Assembly: GCA_973895155.1 (NCBI GenBank)
Contig: OZ316893.1
Coordinates: 23,334,015-23,398,014 of the forward strand
Direction of reading: 5' to 3'
Length of the DNA stretch: 64,000 bases
Origin: Marsupella aquatica
Taxonomy: Eukaryota; Plantae; Marchantiophyta
The notes under the pieces are model-generated. The model had not been told where the DNA came from. It saw nothing but the letters and a program-made list of their open reading frames with translations, and searched no databases. The position numbers and the translations under genes were made by a program. This document shows positions 26,590 through 37,435 of this stretch, one piece after another. Position 1 is the first letter of the stretch. Every line of letters begins with the position of its first letter.

Positions 26590-27539
26590 ATTTAGGCCAA
26601 GATTATGCAAAATGTAAGTTAATTAACTTCTCTAATTACTGAGTTTTCTTGAGGATTCACAAAGCACCCTAGTATATTCTGTTAGTCCGGTCATTTTAAT
26701 ATGCGTTTTTTTGCGTGAACTATGGTATTGCGAATGCCCCATATTACGGACCTTCACAAACCTCTACCCTATTGTGAGTGTAGCTTCAATCATGTTGACA
26801 GAAGTGTGTGAGTAGAATTTTGTGTGAGTAGAAATATGTAGGAATCTCCTCTCCAATCTTGTGTGGTTTTGCCATTCGATGTCTCTTTGACTGGAGTTTA
26901 CAGTAGTTTGCCTCTTGCTTTTTGTAGGTCCTTTCAATCCTTCCTTAGAAACCACCCACAGAACACTTCTGCTAAGATGCTGAGCAGAATTTATGCTGAA
27001 CAGAATTTTATGTGCTACGCAGGCTGGGGACACATTGGTTGCTCAGGTACTTGATGTGCATTGCTTCAAAAGGATTTGAGAGTGATTTGTTTCAGTTTAC
27101 CTGAAATTTCTTGATGAGACGATGGCCCAGACTCCCAACTTTACCTTTATAAAGGCCCAGCTTCTTGCATTCTCTAGTTTGGGTTCCGTGGACGGTGCGC
27201 CTCTGCCAAAGTTCTCATTACAATTTCACAATACGAGAACATGCTAAGCACTGCTCACCTGGACGAACAGTGTCCATGCTTGAAGATTGACCTGTATAAC
27301 CAATGCCACCTCTGTCCCTTCAAACCGTCCTCCAGATGCAAAAATGGCAAGAAAGAACAAACCGCTGCATCAAACCGTCGAATCGATCAAAATTCCGTGT
27401 TCCTTTCTAGTTAGTGGTTGCTGATTGCGAGGATTTAATACTGCATTACTGTTATCTCTAAACTGAAGTGATCTTGTCACTTGTTATTAATTCTTTGAAT
27501 CTTTCTGCTGTTGAGAGAAAATTTCCCCGTTTTGTAAGT

Positions 27540-29110
27540 TAACACACGCTCCTTGCCGGGAAAGTGTCCGCCTTGCAAAGCATCGAACGAAATCTCCACC
27601 AATCGGACTTGGTTACAAACCCTACTCCTGAGGACAGGGCAGAATTTCCATCCAAAAATGTTGATGTCCGTTTCTCAAAGCAAAGTGTCAACCTGCCCAA
27701 TGGACTTATCGTAGACAGTGTCAAGAGCCAACGTCGCAATTGAAAACAGGACTGACATATTCTACTCGCCCCTGCATGAGGAGATACTGTATGTATTTTC
27801 GTCACTTGAGCTTGTTTCAATAAACTTGTTCTCCATGTTGGTTTTCGTAGGAAGTCATTGAGGTCTTGTAAAGTGCTCGTCCTCAAGAATACTATTGTAC
27901 CAAAGAAGTGAAGTGTTGTCCCGAGATGTAGATTATGCTATCATGTCTTTTTGAAATATTCCTTACAGAAACCACCTTGGAATCAATATTGTACATGTAA
28001 TCCATGTTCAAAAGCAACCTAGTCTCTTCACTAACAAACCACCTCGAAATCTCTCGATTAAACAGAAAGTTCCCCTGTTCAAGACAAGTACAAGCCAGGA
28101 GTTGAATAATGTTTTCCTTCCAAATCTCCAAAGAGAAATGTGTCACTTACTATGAATTAATATTGAAATTAAAGTGTGATGTCATCCTCCACAACCTGTC
28201 ATCCAGGGGAACATACGGCAAAACATTAGAATTGAGCCCGCTTTCTCTTGCGAGTTTGTCCAGGTTGCAAGTGTGATTCACAGAAGATCTATGTCTCCTA
28301 AACGGAGCCCAATTTACGTGTACATGAAGAGTCATATGGGTCTTTGCAAATTTTCCAGGTAATACACAGTCCATGTCCCCTAACATCGGCCTCCGAATTT
28401 TTTTGTCTTTCGTCGAGTCTACAGAGGTATAGAACAATAAACAAGGGCCGTACTTGGCCACGGTCCAGAAACATTCATTTTGTTTCTGTAGTTGAGTCGA
28501 TTTGGAAAGCTCTGGAGGCGAACCATAGTCGTACTTTACCAATCCCATTACTTGCATCAGCTGGTCCAGTCAAATCCTGTCAACTGACTCCATTTGACAG
28601 AGGAATTGCAGAAAGCGATTGTACCAAAAGAGCACACTTCAAATTGGCCCTCAAGTCATGAAAGAAGTCACTGCCGTCTGATGCTTCGTTTTCATTTTTC
28701 GATCATTTTTCGATACAGCATAATAGATTTCCGAATCTGCTGACCTAGGCACCCTGACGTTCTTTAGGATTACTTTGATGAATTCTAAAATAATGACCAA
28801 AAAGTGTTCCAAGGGTCTTCTGCCAGCTTTCGATCCATGGTTGAAGTGTGAGTTGACGACAGCGGCCCACGATGACCTTGGCGTCACTCTATAGCCCACT
28901 GTTGATCGCTGTTCACAATCACCTCAATTTCAATGTGTTTTGCAGTGCAGACGACTGACCATATCGAGAGAGTGTGCAGGGCCTCGCCATTGTCAAGTTT
29001 AGTTTGCCAAAGGGCGGTTGATTATTCACGCGAGCTAGAAGAACGAGGTCAGGTAACTCCACGATACTTGCAGACCTTAGTCTTGCCCTCTGAAGTTGTC
29101 CGTTCCCTGT
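27540..29110 (-). pseudogene. Possible F-box (kelch-like) pseudogene
   Basis: An F-box-like SIVELPDLVLLARV at about 29070-29025 is followed by three ORF pieces in one frame (28899-28651, 28557-28150, 28146-27892) separated by stops, with kelch-like fragments (YVPLDDRLW, LFNREISRW, IIYISG). Recognition is by eye only. Confidence 0.35.
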
Positions 29111-30029
29111 TCGTATTTTTGCTTAATGTTCTCCCCGCACTTGGTTTTCGCTGTTTGAATGGAGATTGGGAAGGAGATCTCGACTGCTAGAAGACTAATC
29201 ATGACGGTTAGTGTTTTGCAAAGGTCTTCTGCGTGCAGTCCTTCTCGGAGAGTAAGATTGCTCGATTACATCTTCTCATAGCTGTGGCATTCACATCCCC
29301 AAAGATTAGAATCGATACTGCGATTGACCGAATATTGAAACCGCCAACTTGTCTCGAGCGCAAGGTGGACACGGAAGGGCAACCCTGTTGCCACTTCTGC
29401 ACGAGACATAATCGTCGTTACCCTCTGCTTTAAGATTCCCTCGTTCTGAGCATAGCAAAATGTTCTCTTCTCGTTCAGGTTGGGGCTCGACGTCTGAAAC
29501 TCTAGATCAAACAGACTCAAACTCGATGCTCGAAAGGTACTCCACTTTATAACTACAGCACAGTAGAGATCCTCTGAGTTATTTGTTTCCAAATCTCTAC
29601 TGTGCTCTCTCCCTTAGCAGAAGAAAAAGTACTGTACTATTCTGCACCTAAAAGTGACGTGACTGATCAGACTTTGAAGTGTGAAGGAATTTGTGACCGC
29701 TTTTGGCAATCTCTACCTTCCATCCGCCTTCAGTTGTTAGTCTGATATGTTCGATCTATTTACTTGGCGAAGCTGTACTGTAGGCACTTCTGGTTCACTT
29801 CTTGTCGATGCCAGGACGGTGAATGTCTAATTCTTTGAACAAGTTGTGGAGGCCATCATGCACTCCCAGAAACTCGTTATAGCTGACCATGTTATTGGAT
29901 TCAATTATGAATGGTTGTTGTCAAAGTGACCATTCAAGTTGCTATCTATTGTGAATGTCCAAATGAGCTGATCCAAATTGTTTGATCTCTTCACGTGACG
30001 GTGCCTATTCATAAAATTCATGGGCTTCC

Positions 30030-30931
30030 AAAGTAGACTTGATTTGGAGAGACGTGTCTTGGATGTGAAGGACAAGCTCGTTTAGTGGAGCGACTCTTGG
30101 AATTATTGGCATAGGTGGGACTGGCAAGACCACACTTGCAATGCAGGCACTTAACATTATTCATTTCCGAATACTTTGAATACACGTGCTTTGTTGATAA
30201 CGTGAAAGGCACCCCACCACACAAATTGCAGGATTGGGTTCTCAGCCGCTGTTTATCATGATAATGGGAAGAAATCAGATATGAAGGGTGAAACCCATTG
30301 GTTCCATATGCAGAACAAGAAAGCTTTGATTTGCCATGGATGATGTAGATGCTGTGGATCAGGTCAAAGTTCTACCAAAATTTTGGAGTACTTTGGTGTG
30401 GATAGTTGTCTAATCATGACAAGCCACATCCAAGAAGTTTTCAAATATTATGAGGGTTGCATTATCTAGGAGGATGAGTTTTTGAATGACAATGATGCAA
30501 AGAATCTGTTCTGCCACCATGCATTTGAATCAAAGGGCGTTCCAAACTTTCTGATCGACAATGTGAATGCAGTGGTAACAAAAAGTGATGGGTTGCCATT
30601 GATGTTGAAAGTGATAGGCACTTAGCTTAGAGGAAGAAATGATGAAGTTTGGATAGAAACTCTACATAGGTTAAGAGAAGCACCAGCCATACCTGGAGTC
30701 GAAAGGGACAGAGTGTGGGCCTCATTGAGAAGAAGCTATGATGCTCATCTACCAGATGAACAGAAGATGTTAATAGAAGCTGCTACATTTTTCTTGGAAC
30801 AGCCATTGGACCGGGCCCTTGGTGCATGGAGCACTCTAATGCCAACTGAGCAGACAATGTGGGACAATTTAGTGAACAGATCATTGGTGAAAGAAATCAA
30901 CAACCAAGTAGGGGTCCATGAGCACTTTTGA
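30030..30931 (+). pseudogene. NB-ARC (NLR, TIR-type motifs) pseudogene
   Basis: Motifs in order: P-loop GIGGTGKTTLA (from 30108), RNBS-A FEYTCFVDNV, kinase-2 MDDVD (30336), RNBS-B-like FGVDSCLIMTS, RNBS-C AKNLFCHHAF, GLPL (30590), LRRSYD..EQKMLIEAATFF, LVNRSLV and MHD-like VHE. Frameshifts and in-frame TAG stops occur at about 30466 and 30623. Confidence 0.88.
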
Positions 30932-31929
30932 GACAGCTCAGGATATTCCAAGGACATCATGGTGTTGGGGATTGATGATGATACATCAACTCAAAGTGGA
31001 GGTATGGAATGACAACCTTGTGATAAGGGTTTTAGACCACCTCAGGAGTCTGTATTTGTGTCCTTTAGGTCTTCTGTTTGCAATGAATGTCTTCCCAACA
31101 CTGGTGCCTCCATTCATAAGTTCAGCTTTTGAGGGATACTTTTAATGCTCATACTGTACTCATTTTGGTGTGTAATTAGTTTGTAGACCCAGTCCTTATG
31201 TATGCTTTGATGGTTGTAAGGAAGCTTATAGTACTTAAGAACTGAAGGGGTCATCCTAGATTCTGGGGGGGTATTGGTCTTTCTTAAAACTTGTTTAGTC
31301 CTTATGTATGCTTTGATGCTTGTAAGGAAGCTAACTCTAATAAGTACTTATGTATTCCTTTGATGAAGTCATCCTAGATTTTGGGGATATTAGTCTTTCT
31401 TAAAATTTGTATTAGTAAGTAGGCCCCTCCCTGAGCTAGATAGTAGCATTAGAAAAACTCAGCTCAAATGGACTTGAGACAATATAATTATGGCTAAATA
31501 ATATTTTTGTTGAATATAAGGATGTTAAGGTACCCGAGTAGCACATAAACAACATATGAAAACTTTGTAAAAATAAGTGACTAACTTTAAAGTACCATTG
31601 CATTAAGATCCATTATCACCGATAATCAGTGGTCTTCAACATCTGATCCAATCAGTTGATCTTAGAAATCCAACAGCATGCGCCATTTCTTGTGACTGTT
31701 GTGCACTATCCTCCATGGTCCTCTTTGTTAGCTGCTGATTGATCACATGTGTTGATCTATCAGATATAATGGCTAGAGGAACTCCTTCAAAAACAAATAT
31801 TGATATGTCAATGTGTATATTTCTTAAAAGTAAACAAATTGAATGTAAATAAATTATATATGACATTGCGTCATGATTCAGAAATTTCCTTACAGTATAG
31901 AAACTCTATTTCCTTACTGTATCCAAATT

Positions 31930-32232
31930 TTGATTTTCGTTGGTGGGGCTGGTTTTGTGGCCTTTCACTGTTTCTCCTGTTTGGCCCTTGCTCTGCTCAC
32001 TTGACTGAATGATGTGACCTGTTTTGGGTTTGGCCTGTTTTACTCCCATTCCTTATTGGGTTTTACTTCTCTCATTATAAGTAAAGTTGCTCACTTGACT
32101 GAATGTGTTAGGTTTTGGTGTTGCGGTTGGAATGGGGCCTGTTTTGGGTATGGCCCGTTTCACTCCCATGCTTTATTGGGTTTTTTACTTCTCTTATAAG
32201 TAAAGCATTCAGTTCAAGATAAATAAATAAAA
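31930..32232 (+). mobile_element. Probable LINE 3' tail with an internal duplication of about 95 bp
   Basis: GT-rich tract containing a duplicated TGCTCACTTGACTGAATG...TTATTGGGTTTT...TATAAGTAAAG and ending in an A-rich tail (AAGATAAATAAATAAAA). Confidence 0.35.
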
Positions 32233-33048
32233 GCTTAAACTGTGCATTCTTCATGGGTAATGCACTAACAAAATACAGAGAAAAATAAGTGTATTAAGTA
32301 TTTAGAGATATGGGTAGAAGGTCAAATTTTCTCTTGGCTATTTATCGAGACCTCATCCACGGAAACCAGCAAACGGTGGAGCAATGCACATTCGAAGTTG
32401 CAATCGAGCCACCACCGTTATGATCGAGCAAACCACGAGAAAGTTCAGCATCTTAGGAAAAGCACAGGAAGGCGAGGTTTCATTTACTTCCCGAGCTTGA
32501 AAGAGAATCATGTCAGTTAAATAATGTAGACGAGAATTTCGCTGTCATCTGCATTCTCACAGAATTGAGCACGTGCGTGAAAGTGTGCAAGTGGTGATTC
32601 TCTGGAAGTGCTTGAGCCAATTAAGAAGCTCATTCTGTGTCTCCTCAACTGTGCATGATTTGATTTGGGCGATGAAAAGCTATGTCTCCTAAACGTTTCT
32701 TGTTGACCGAGAAAGTCACTTTTTGATCAACTTGGATGAAGCCCACTGTGGCCTCCATGAATCACAGCCAGGAATGATTGCATGACGTAAGCTGTGATCA
32801 ATTCTCCTCCTTTCCGCTATGTCTATCTTTCACTTCGAGTTCCATTCCCCTACCACATATACTTCCTTGGAGCTCAAATCTGTCCCACTTCTCTAGCTGA
32901 AGCTTCGTCTTCGTCTCTCGCTCGTGTCGGCATGTCTACTAACAAATAAGTTCCATTCCTCGACCGCATATGTTTCCGTTGAGAGCAATTCTGTTCCACT
33001 TCTCTAGCTGAACCATCGTCTTCGTCTCTCGCTCTCGCTCTCGCCATC

Positions 33049-34500
33049 ATGGCTTCTACCAAAGGTCCGGAGAAAACAGCCAACCACGATGTCGAGCGCA
33101 ACGGCACCGAGGAAGGCTTCAATTCAAGCATCTCGCAGTTCACCACCGAAGAGCAGAGGAAACTCATCAGACGCATTGATCTTCGTCTGGTCATCACTCT
33201 TGGCGTTCTGTACTGTGCGAGTCTAGTGGACAGAACCAATCTCGGCGCTGCTGCGATTGCGGGCATGCTCAAGGACCTCAAGTTGACAGTCCACGAGCGG
33301 TATAGTCTGATTTCTTGGATCTTCTTCGTGCCCTATGTTGTGTTCCAGCCACCCGCAACCGTGATCCTCCGGAAGGTCGGTCCAAGACGGTTTCTGTCCG
33401 CCATTGTTGTCTGCTGGGGCGCCACCATGATCGGATTCGGCTTCTGCCCGACCTGGGAAGTCATGGTTGGCCTTAGAATTATCCTTGGCGTGTTGGAAGC
33501 CGGTTTCTTCCCGGGTTGTGCCTACCTTCTCAGCACATGGTACCCACGGTACGAATTGCAGAAGCGTTTTGCCACTTTCTATTTGATCGGGAGCACGTTC
33601 GGCGCCTTCGCTGGTATTTTGGCTTACGGAATTGAGCAGATGGCTGGCCAAGCAAATTTGGCGGGATGGCGATGGATTTTTATCTTAGAAGGTATCGTCA
33701 CGTGTCTAGCCGGAGTCGTGGGTTACGTCCTGATTGTCGACTTTCCCGAGCTGGCTGCAAAGTCATGGCGTTTCATCACTCCCGCGGAATCGGAGTTTAT
33801 CGTAGCGGTAATTGAGAAAGATCGCCAGGACGCTATACCCGAGCCGTTTTCCGTCGGTGCTTATCTGAAGAATGCGTTCGACCTCAAAATCTGGGGCTTC
33901 GCGTGGCTGTACATGCTGACGACTACGACTGGATATGCCATCGCCTACTTCCTGCCAATCATTCTGAGATTTGGCATGGGCTTCAGTATTGCCGCCGCGC
34001 AATGTCTCACTGCCCCGCCGTATGTTGCTGCAGCGATCGTGATGTACTGTCAAGGCGTCATTGGCGACAAGTACCGACTGCGCGGCCCCATTGTGATCTT
34101 CAATTGCATTCTAGCACTAATTGGCCTTCCACTCCTCGGTTTCGCTACTAACAACGGCGTCCGCTACTTCGGAGCTTTCCTCGCCACAATCTGCAGCAAC
34201 GCGAACATCCCAGCCTTGCTGACCTATCAAGCGAACAACATCCGCGGGCAATGGAAGCGAGCGTTCTCCTCAGCAACACTCGTTGGGTTCGGCGGCATTG
34301 GCGGCATCATTGGCACCACCATCTTCCGCACCCAGGACTCTCCCAAGTACAGGCCAGGCATCGAGGGAACGATCATTGCAAACGGCCTTTCCATCGTCAT
34401 CGTCCTCGCCCTGACATTGAAGTTTCACAGGGCTAACAAACTCGCCGATGCTGGAGGCAAGGTGATTGAGCAGCAGAAAGGCTTTAGATATACGCTGTAG
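33049..34500 (+). CDS. Fungal-type MFS transporter, anion:cation symporter Dal5/TNA1 (allantoate/nicotinate/'phthalate' permease) family; candidate HGT
   Basis: Intact 483-aa ORF with about 12 hydrophobic segments. Motifs RRIDLRL, DRTNLGAAAIAGM, LRIILGVLEAGFFPG, LLSTWYPRYELQKR, GWRWIFILEG, AQCLTAPPY, YQANNIRGQWKRA and terminal GFRYTL are characteristic of filamentous-ascomycete members of this family. Confidence 0.93.
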   Translation: MASTKGPEKTANHDVERNGTEEGFNSSISQFTTEEQRKLIRRIDLRLVITLGVLYCASLVDRTNLGAAAIAGMLKDLKLTVHERYSLISWIFFVPYVVFQPPATVILRKVGPRRFLSAIVVCWGATMIGFGFCPTWEVMVGLRIILGVLEAGFFPGCAYLLSTWYPRYELQKRFATFYLIGSTFGAFAGILAYGIEQMAGQANLAGWRWIFILEGIVTCLAGVVGYVLIVDFPELAAKSWRFITPAESEFIVAVIEKDRQDAIPEPFSVGAYLKNAFDLKIWGFAWLYMLTTTTGYAIAYFLPIILRFGMGFSIAAAQCLTAPPYVAAAIVMYCQGVIGDKYRLRGPIVIFNCILALIGLPLLGFATNNGVRYFGAFLATICSNANIPALLTYQANNIRGQWKRAFSSATLVGFGGIGGIIGTTIFRTQDSPKYRPGIEGTIIANGLSIVIVLALTLKFHRANKLADAGGKVIEQQKGFRYTL

Positions 34501-35094
34501 TCAACAGACTCCTCGGTATTGTTGTGTGGGATCGGGACAGGATGGGGTCAGTCAATTCACAGGTCCACATTCGTTGACAAATTTGACGAAGTGCTTTGGC
34601 TCGATTTGACGGGGCTCGCGGGGCGTACTTCAACAGAGATAGGTGAAGTGTGAGCTCTCTTGTACATATGTGAATAGTCGTCCTTCTGCTTATCTGGCGG
34701 GTGACCATTCGGAACTTTCTTTCGAACATCATTTGCAGCAACCGAATAGGAAACGATATTTTTGGGTGCTGATATAAGTTTGGTGGCCGTTTCGTCAAAC
34801 GGTTCCATCCCTCGTGAACTTGGAAGATTCCAAACTTCGCGGTCGTCGTTGGCGAAAATTTTCGTTCATCTGCAATTCCAGAGAGTGGCTTCACCAGAGG
34901 ACTTACGACGTTATATCGAGGCTGAGCTCAGTTGACTACCCCCGCTCTTTGAGCACTGTGGAATGAGAATCGTTAAGATTAGACTTTGTAATTTGCGAGA
35001 GGATGGTTCGTCGCCAGAGATCATTGAACTTGGCGCGCTTTCCATAAGATTGTCACCCTCTAGAGAAAGCAGAACACCGGGCTGGCTGTCAAAT

Positions 35095-35770
35095 AGGGCA
35101 AAAGCTCGGCAGCTAATTTCATGAATTGGAGGGGATGATGACTCCGTTCTCACCTCTTCCTCTCTCAAACCTTTGCAATTTTGCAAAACTTAGAAGGACG
35201 TGCTGCGTGCCCCTCTCTCCGGACGCATGCGCGCACACGATCATGTAACAAGCAGACATAATTTCTTGTATTCAAATTTGACAAAAGCTCGGTAACTAAT
35301 GTGAGCAATTGGAGGGGATTATCCCATACCACTTCGCAATGTGCACCCTCTTCGATGACCTTCTCATCGATCTCAGCAGCTAATCAACGATCCGTTCGGC
35401 CCTCTCACTGGACGCACTTTGCACACGATCATGGAACGACAGACAGGATTTCTTGTAGTCAAATTTGACAAAAGCTCGGCAGCTAATGTGAGCAAATGGA
35501 GGGGATTATCCTGTACCGCTCTTGCACCCTCTTGGATGACCGTCTCATCGATCTCAGAAGCTAATCACCGACGTGTTGGGCCCTCTCTCTTTGGACGCAC
35601 CGTTCACACGATCATGGAACAAGCAGAGAGAATTTCTCGAACTCCAATGTAACAGAAGCTCGGCACGTATTGTGAGAAATCGGAGAAACCTTTCATACTA
35701 TCCAAATCAAACTTCGCAATGTTGCAACGCCGTAGTCAGATTTGACAAAAGCTCGGCTGTAATGTGACGA
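35095..35770. repeat. Satellite-like tandem repeat of about 185 bp (about 3.5 copies)
   Basis: The anchor CAAAAGCTCGG(C/T)A recurs at about 35099, 35282, 35469 and 35653, with a partial copy at 35746. Copies share GGACGCA...CACACGATCATGGAAC segments. Confidence 0.8.
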
Positions 35771-36338
35771 ATTGGATGTGATGATTCCGCTGTCACCTCA
35801 TGTTCTCCATCAAAACAGTGCATTATCGCAATCTCAACCTTTCCTTTGGTACTTTCTTGCCGCATCATTAAGTACGCATAATTGTCTGGGGCTCTGGACC
35901 CCTATCGAGAAAGGACTGTAGATGATGGGCGCACACATTCGCGCAGCGAGCGAAAAGGAGGTGTATAGTTGACTGACTTCCGTGACTTTCGGCACCTGAG
36001 GGTGGGTGAAAAAGTCTTCGCTTTGCACTCAACGACTTCCCAAAGTCGTCGCGTATTATTTAGTCGGAAAAGGATGAAACCCCCCATAACTCAGGTGATG
36101 GGGGTTTAGGGTTTAGTGTTATGGGGTTTTGAGGGAACTCATTCATTAGGGCATCGCAAAGCCAGGGCTCAAAGCACATCTGTAACCAGTTACAATAGGA
36201 GTTGGCCATAGGGACTAAGTTATGGGAACAGCTATAAAAGTTGCGGGAGGCAAAACTCTACTTCCGTAAGAAGGTGTTGCAGCCACTGACCAAAACCTGT
36301 AACTTTAACTTTAAGATTTGGAATTCACGGCATCACAC

Positions 36339-36448
36339 CATTGCATCATCCAGGGACAGAAACAACATGTCAATCACTCTGTATTATTAGTGATGTCATT
36401 GCATCATCCAGGGACAGAAACAACATGTCAATCACTCTGTATTATTAG
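36339..36448. repeat. 58-bp near-perfect tandem duplication
   Basis: CATTGCATCATCCAGGGACAGAAACAACATGTCAATCACTCTGTATTATTAG occurs twice. Confidence 0.9.
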
Positions 36449-37094
36449 AATGTTATTGTACTGATTGTCGAGGTAATAGGCTTGGGCAGGTTCGATAGGG
36501 ATGGGCCAAAAGCACTTACTCTGAGCAGGAGTACCCATCACTCATCCCTTATAGCACGGGTCAATGCATATCCCCACTGCAACCAATGGTCCGTAAAGTC
36601 TGGTCATAAGGTGCTTCACTGGTAAAACTGGTGTCCCATCACTTTTCCTTACAGCCATGCTTTGGGACGCCCTATTAGAGCGTTTCAAACGTGACGAGAT
36701 GCGGACTTTTAGTCGGTTCTAGACCTTGCCCGTGCGGGACGCGAACTTAAGATGTGCAGTAGACCAAGTTGGCTACTGCACATTTTTGTCAGGGATTTTT
36801 TTGCACACGGCAGGCCAACTTGCTATGAGCCCTCTCAAAGTTCACTCCCCCCGTTGGTTAAGCATTCCTGAAAACCATGTCCAGGCTGTAGTTTCAGCCA
36901 TGGTTTTTTGTGGTAAGTAGCCCAGACTATGAATGAGAAGCACAAAAGATTAAGACGCTCTATTATATCCCCTTGGGTCACACTTTTAGATCACCATTTT
37001 TGCCAAATTCACACATTAGCCCATATCAGTTGATTATCCTTAAATGAGATTTAGCTGGAGATTTAACAGTAGACTCCTTTAACCTAAATCTGAT

Positions 37095-37435
37095 GGTTCT
37101 CCTTAAATCTAGGATGATCTATGAGTCCACTAGACCCCACATCTCCCTTAATTGAACATCAAAATGTAACAATGTCCAGTGCACTATGTCACTCCGTACC
37201 ATGATCAACCCAAATTTGTTATTTAAATCACTAAGTGCTATTTTAAATACATACCTGATTGTCAGTTTTTGATGTGCAATTACCAGGACACAATATGATC
37301 AGCCTGAAATCTAGGATAACTTATGAGTCCATTAGCCCCCAAATCTAATAGATATCCTTAAATCTAGGATGATCTATGATTCCATTAGCCTGAATGGAAT
37401 GGTTATCCTTGGATCTAGGATGACCTATGAGTCAA
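37095..37435. repeat. Degenerate short repeats
   Basis: AATCTAGGAT(G/A)A(T/C)CTATGAGTCCA-like motif occurs four times. Confidence 0.6.
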
